A stretch of DNA of 48,345 bases, taken from positions 1 to 48,345 of the IMG/VR virus record IMGVR_UViG_3300012953_000049; one strand, given 5' to 3'. The notes below the pieces were generated by a model that saw only the letters and a program-made list of their open reading frames with translations, was not told the origin of the DNA and did no database searches. Shown here in pieces: positions 45,001-48,345 of the stretch (positions are counted from its first letter, which is position 1; each line of letters starts with the position of its first letter). Source of the stretch: a virus. Its lineage: Duplodnaviria > Caudoviricetes. The translations under genes and the position numbers were made by a program.

Positions 45001-47180
45001 TTCCAAGTTCCGTCCGAATAGGCGACCCTGTATATTCCGTCACCTATTTCGCTAACTCTTTCCGGATTAATATATTCGTGAAGGGCCGGTATGGAAACAA
45101 TTGGGTAATCTCCATCTTTCTCTAATTCGGACAGCCCTATCGAAGAGTTTCTAATTATTTTGGACGGGCGAAGGTAGAATGAGAAAAAATTTGGAATGTC
45201 TAATAAAGTATTTCCCGTAGTCTTAATATTGAAGATCTGAGATTTAAATTGCTCGCTTAGTATAAAAGCTCGAACCTGCACAGATAGATCTAAAAACAAA
45301 ACTGTATTCTCGTCTAAAGACGACAGTCTCGCCGTCGGTATTCCTAATGAAGAGCATAAAGATATTACTTCAGAGGGCACCAGCTCCCCAAAGTAGTCGT
45401 CTCCCCATTGCAGGTCTTCTGTACCCATTTCGATGGAGAATAAATTATCCACACAGCCAGTGACTTGGGCCGATACGGTAGCTGTAGCGTCTAGATCCTC
45501 CCGGTACACATCTATTAATAACGTGTCTCCTCTCTGAACTCCTAGCTCCCTAACATCCGAAAATTCGGAAGTCTGAATAGTGGTGCCGATTCTCCAGTTC
45601 AGGCGCTCAAGTCCGCTAGTAGCGGTAGGTTTTTGTAGCGTGACTACCCATAAAGGTCCGCGGCCTCCCTCCGTAACCGGAGCTAAGTCCATCAAGGTAT
45701 CTACTCTAGATATTCTATGGGCCTCATCTTCTAAGACTAAAAGATGATCTTTTGCGCTTATGCTTATCTCTATTTCGTATGAGGCAGTACTTCCGATTAC
45801 GGGAGATCCAAACTCTTTTACAACCAGGTAACCTGTTTTCGCAGGGTTTATTCCAGAGATAACGTATGTTTTCCCCGTGTTAATCCCAGATGTTATCTTT
45901 AGCCTAGATCCAATGGCAGAATCTAACACATGATCTCTGTTGACCAAGATTTCATAGTTTGAAGCTATTTTTCCCGCTGTTCCTAATAAGTTTTCTTTAG
46001 AGAACTCATACAGATCTGCCTCATCCAGTGGTATGTACACCGTATCGGTATTAGAGGACTCTCTTTTTACAAAACTAACTCTAGATGATTGTATTATCTC
46101 GAAAGACATCCCGCCGGATGTAATTGGAAGCGGACGATCTAACAACAAACTAAAGTCATTGGACAGCCCCCCTTCGGTCCCTATGGCGTTTATTTTCCAA
46201 TATCCCGCATTTCTTGTGTCGCGGATTTTAAGGTAATCTCCGTTTTCGATATTTAGAGAAGAAAAATCTATGCTTGGGGAGTACACCTCTTTTGGTTTCC
46301 TAACTAGATACTCTAGATCGGAAGCACTTATTATTCTCTCTAATCGAAAGTTAACGAACGGCGTATTCGCAGAAACGATATATCCGGTTCCGGCACTGTT
46401 AACTCTATTTATTAAAAAGTCTCCGACGTTGCTTCCTGAGTATACAGTTAACGTCGTTCCGATTGCCTTGGGAGTAACCGCAGAGTCCAGAATAATTTCC
46501 GTATCTGAAACAATTATTCCCTTATTTACGAAGGTCACTGTTCCTGTGAAAGCCCCTCTTCCACTCTGGTGTCTCGCCCATACCGAAGTGCATTTGGAGT
46601 GGTCCAAAGAGATCGTTGGGGAGTAGCTAATCCACTTCTTCTGGAATAACGGCTGTATGGTTTGGATAGACTTTGCTCGGTCAATTTGCATAGCTCTGAG
46701 AAGGTCAGAGGCCACTACTTGAGTATAGCCGGACCAAAGAGTTGGGAATACTTCCCTATCATTAACCAATTCCCAGAAAGACCCCAGAACCTTGTACATA
46801 AAGTCGCCAGGAGGGCTAACCCGCTTTACAGAAGGAACTACAATTGGAGAGAAAAATACAGCCGACCTAGTAGGCTCGCTCTGAACGCCGTCTCTAGACA
46901 CTACAAGTTGTACGATATATGTGCCTGTTACGTCTGCCTCTAATCTGATTAGGGATCCGTCTTCTTCCTCGTATTCTATCTCTGCCTTGGATCCCGTAGG
47001 AGATCTGAGTGTCCACTCTCGAGCTATATTCTCTTCGCTTCCGTTTACATTAGACCCTGCCGAACTAAACTGAACAAAAGTGCCTAGTATTGCTGTGGCC
47101 TCTTCTGGAGAGATTATCGCAGACGGCCTAGAGCTTAGAGGTACTAGGGAAAAGCCTGTAGCTTCTGTAGATCTTGTCAT
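42024..47180 (-). CDS. Large baseplate wedge-like structural protein
   Basis: 1718 aa. N-terminal PKD/Ig-like WTL...DVTGTYIVQLVV, repeated GD.L.I.SG.N.G.Y modules, and FLMNIRPIYT resembling the KPAHT motif of baseplate wedge proteins. Confidence 0.55.
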   Translation of the reverse strand: MTRSTEATGFSLVPLSSRPSAIISPEEATAILGTFVQFSSAGSNVNGSEENIAREWTLRSPTGSKAEIEYEEEDGSLIRLEADVTGTYIVQLVVSRDGVQSEPTRSAVFFSPIVVPSVKRVSPPGDFMYKVLGSFWELVNDREVFPTLWSGYTQVVASDLLRAMQIDRAKSIQTIQPLFQKKWISYSPTISLDHSKCTSVWARHQSGRGAFTGTVTFVNKGIIVSDTEIILDSAVTPKAIGTTLTVYSGSNVGDFLINRVNSAGTGYIVSANTPFVNFRLERIISASDLEYLVRKPKEVYSPSIDFSSLNIENGDYLKIRDTRNAGYWKINAIGTEGGLSNDFSLLLDRPLPITSGGMSFEIIQSSRVSFVKRESSNTDTVYIPLDEADLYEFSKENLLGTAGKIASNYEILVNRDHVLDSAIGSRLKITSGINTGKTYVISGINPAKTGYLVVKEFGSPVIGSTASYEIEISISAKDHLLVLEDEAHRISRVDTLMDLAPVTEGGRGPLWVVTLQKPTATSGLERLNWRIGTTIQTSEFSDVRELGVQRGDTLLIDVYREDLDATATVSAQVTGCVDNLFSIEMGTEDLQWGDDYFGELVPSEVISLCSSLGIPTARLSSLDENTVLFLDLSVQVRAFILSEQFKSQIFNIKTTGNTLLDIPNFFSFYLRPSKIIRNSSIGLSELEKDGDYPIVSIPALHEYINPERVSEIGDGIYRVAYSDGTWKDLNRAPISMVENVNYVLGNQTSLKGFEASLEANSEEIIFGDVDLVAQNVRVGDRIEITSGINIGTYIISRIQNETTMRISGDSLDGSLPPYTESNIQYKIHRQVTGNFLHFSSAFSPKNPAPEYLWAPTTLIDNFKYIEDNFGVLVGVTKEALDEYGATQVSFRSSVEALMYCWTMGPTLSSAKIGAHTLLDLPVTETSCQIVEIREDYTNNLGRVLTEDLSAEGNGTGIFRTYRYRKTASTYPNLDFEGLAINPSTSEVFQEGDVLPEFTTLTNSVKIVDRISDPESLRGLSPYYGKEALQKFHTWQAEIDLRAVDSRDMPLVAEFLMNIRPIYTKPKIVGVISFIDEVIVEVDLFIDILLEFFDDPAFSRESTHKFDDLRNRAIDLGSFGSRTLFTGSDLILGEIRDGRQVVNSARFVQKFQYQEEEEWELSSINKYFDGGTKIRAFGRLVRQGDILFILDGRNRGRYRVADTYENGDLALEIYEGDAPRAIDPLDMREDDPARFIVQRENGHVIYVPPSGQIIPLVDLEDTSSIEVLDLKEQHVAASADAKKPVPFIASGVTANDILIVDDRFAEIDSPGIWSPDQQTYIDTHRYLTLKTPIDLSGMGIAALNWRIERWSLLSNPIVTGTADVLAGVASLTLREDSKNHIVYMRSGDELHIDGQVYRIASVIRDDSVGGFHSVVVDQEFEADGIVEFSLVRPVLDEDDVDSDTRLERLFAEDKVEVEIFFPLVLLSSLNNKTLSDTQNLEALSGLIQLEDNDAPFTVPEDHRSGVFYGDNAEGLVSTEFLSRKNGFLIEVLVIAEDTTGDGVLDSTTSVSHGVYAPVTHLALPNDNSLVPQENEIFVSSLFPGVQATTEASAVIPEENYSINVYARAANFTLAFGHNFDANGDWVPLPEADRPVGSIGGVMVSYEGDILLSDGVTETNFVDMEVLPGDFFQFWWKTPEGELKEDTLQIVDVFPKLFSVNSIMDLNIQASGRIFRREPK

Positions 47181-48343
47181 TAGTCCCTGTCCCTCGTATC
47201 TATAAGTAGATTGGCCTTGCTGGAATATACCTTATCTTCCATTGTTTCGGAATCGAGAGACAAATTACTTATATAATTGAAGCCGCTGCCTACTGAGACT
47301 GCTGCCATTGCTAACGTATAGGATATTGGTCCCGATCTACCTTCTTCTGCGTCGGCCAGCGAAATAGACCCAACAGCTACGGTCGCCTTATCCGGAGTGA
47401 GTTCTTCAGGATTACAAGATGATTTAGCGACCACATCCTTGTCTTTCCACGGGATATCGATAGCCGGATTTTTAAAATCATAATCAAAATATACCCTAAC
47501 AAACTTCCCAGGCTGGTACGAGATTATGTAGGTATGTGACGACGTTATAAACGCGTAATGCTTTCCTTCTGGTGTATCGGGCGGGCGTCTCTGGCGCGAA
47601 AAAATAGGAGGTATTTCAAAAGATATTAATTTTCCTAATTCAGTTCTGTTTAATACCTCTATGTAGTCTTGGGGATCTTGTGAAACAAACATAAAGACTC
47701 TGTCCGTACCCGGCTTAGCCACAAATTGGAGCTGTAAGTACAGTCCATTCCCTACATGGATAGCAGCAATGGGTGAGCTTGGCACGAGCAGTCTGGAAGT
47801 ATCACTACCCAGCTGGAATATATCTCGAGTAGTGGACCAGCTCCAATTTATTCTGGCGTCTAATAATAGAGTTACTCCGGTTTCATTCGGAATATACTCC
47901 GGTAGCAGCCGAGAATAGAATCCGTACTCCTCTATATGGAGAGGCGCTTCACCGCCCAGTCCGTCTAACTTTCCGTCAAAATTAAACTTAAAATCCCAAG
48001 CACCTTGAAAACGCAAACGATTAAGCTCTCTATATAGAAAATCGCAGGCGGGCAAGACAAATATCTCAGAGACAGTAAGCTCTCCAGTCAAAGAATCTGA
48101 TAAAGAAATAGAATTGTCCAGATACCCCACACTGATTCCCGGCTCTTCATTTGAGTCAGGTAGATCATCCTCCGACTCTATAATCTTATAATCCGTACTT
48201 GGTATAGGCCAAAACTGCGGATGTAGGTTTGCAGTAAAAAAGCCGGATTTCACGTAGGTTTCCAGGGGCCAAGAGATATCTGAAGTAGTAGTCACAAGTC
48301 TGCAAGAAAAGTCCCCCGCATTTGGCTGGTTTCGCCTAACCAT
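47180..48343 (-). CDS. Putative structural (baseplate/tail) protein; may extend beyond the window
   Basis: At least 387 aa, beta-rich, with its stop overlapping the next ATG. Confidence 0.6.
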   Translation of the reverse strand: MVRRNQPNAGDFSCRLVTTTSDISWPLETYVKSGFFTANLHPQFWPIPSTDYKIIESEDDLPDSNEEPGISVGYLDNSISLSDSLTGELTVSEIFVLPACDFLYRELNRLRFQGAWDFKFNFDGKLDGLGGEAPLHIEEYGFYSRLLPEYIPNETGVTLLLDARINWSWSTTRDIFQLGSDTSRLLVPSSPIAAIHVGNGLYLQLQFVAKPGTDRVFMFVSQDPQDYIEVLNRTELGKLISFEIPPIFSRQRRPPDTPEGKHYAFITSSHTYIISYQPGKFVRVYFDYDFKNPAIDIPWKDKDVVAKSSCNPEELTPDKATVAVGSISLADAEEGRSGPISYTLAMAAVSVGSGFNYISNLSLDSETMEDKVYSSKANLLIDTRDRD

Positions 48344-48345
48344 AA

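Noticed and set aside
33134-46943. Numerous plus-strand ORFs within the tail block
   Set aside because: All are nested antisense to long minus-strand structural genes and show no recognisable motifs.
1-48345. Alternative genetic code or stop-codon reassignment
   Set aside because: Long conserved genes are intact in the standard code, and TAA, TAG and TGA all terminate tightly packed genes.
1-48345. tRNA, rRNA or structured ncRNA genes
   Set aside because: Intergenic gaps are at most about 120 bp and none shows a cloverleaf. A covariance-model scan would be needed to exclude these fully.

Overview
This window is part of a large tailed dsDNA phage genome (Caudoviricetes-like, probably contractile-tailed), densely coding in the standard genetic code. 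It has three blocks. (1) 1-17786, minus strand: a virion/head block with a portal-like protein, a gpV/gp5-like spike, several glycine-zipper proteins punctuated by K-x-A motifs, and a 2098-aa single-chain RNA polymerase in which bacterial-type beta and beta' are fused. A small inverted three-gene cassette lies between the RNAP and portal genes. (2) 17908-32607, plus strand: a replication/recombination block (SF2 helicase, family-4 UDG, DnaB, DnaG, Zn-rich SSB candidate, PolA, HU, RecA, two resolvases, Cas4-like nuclease). (3) 32661-48345, minus strand: large tail/baseplate proteins. The best candidates for a new system are the minimised fused RNAP (beta' Zn finger deleted, rifampicin pocket altered, probably virion-packaged) with its candidate GTCATAA promoter motif and neighbouring acidic micro-protein, and a set of virion polyproteins that may be cut at K-x-A sites into membrane-active glycine-zipper peptides. 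All assignments come from motifs read by eye; no database searches were run.
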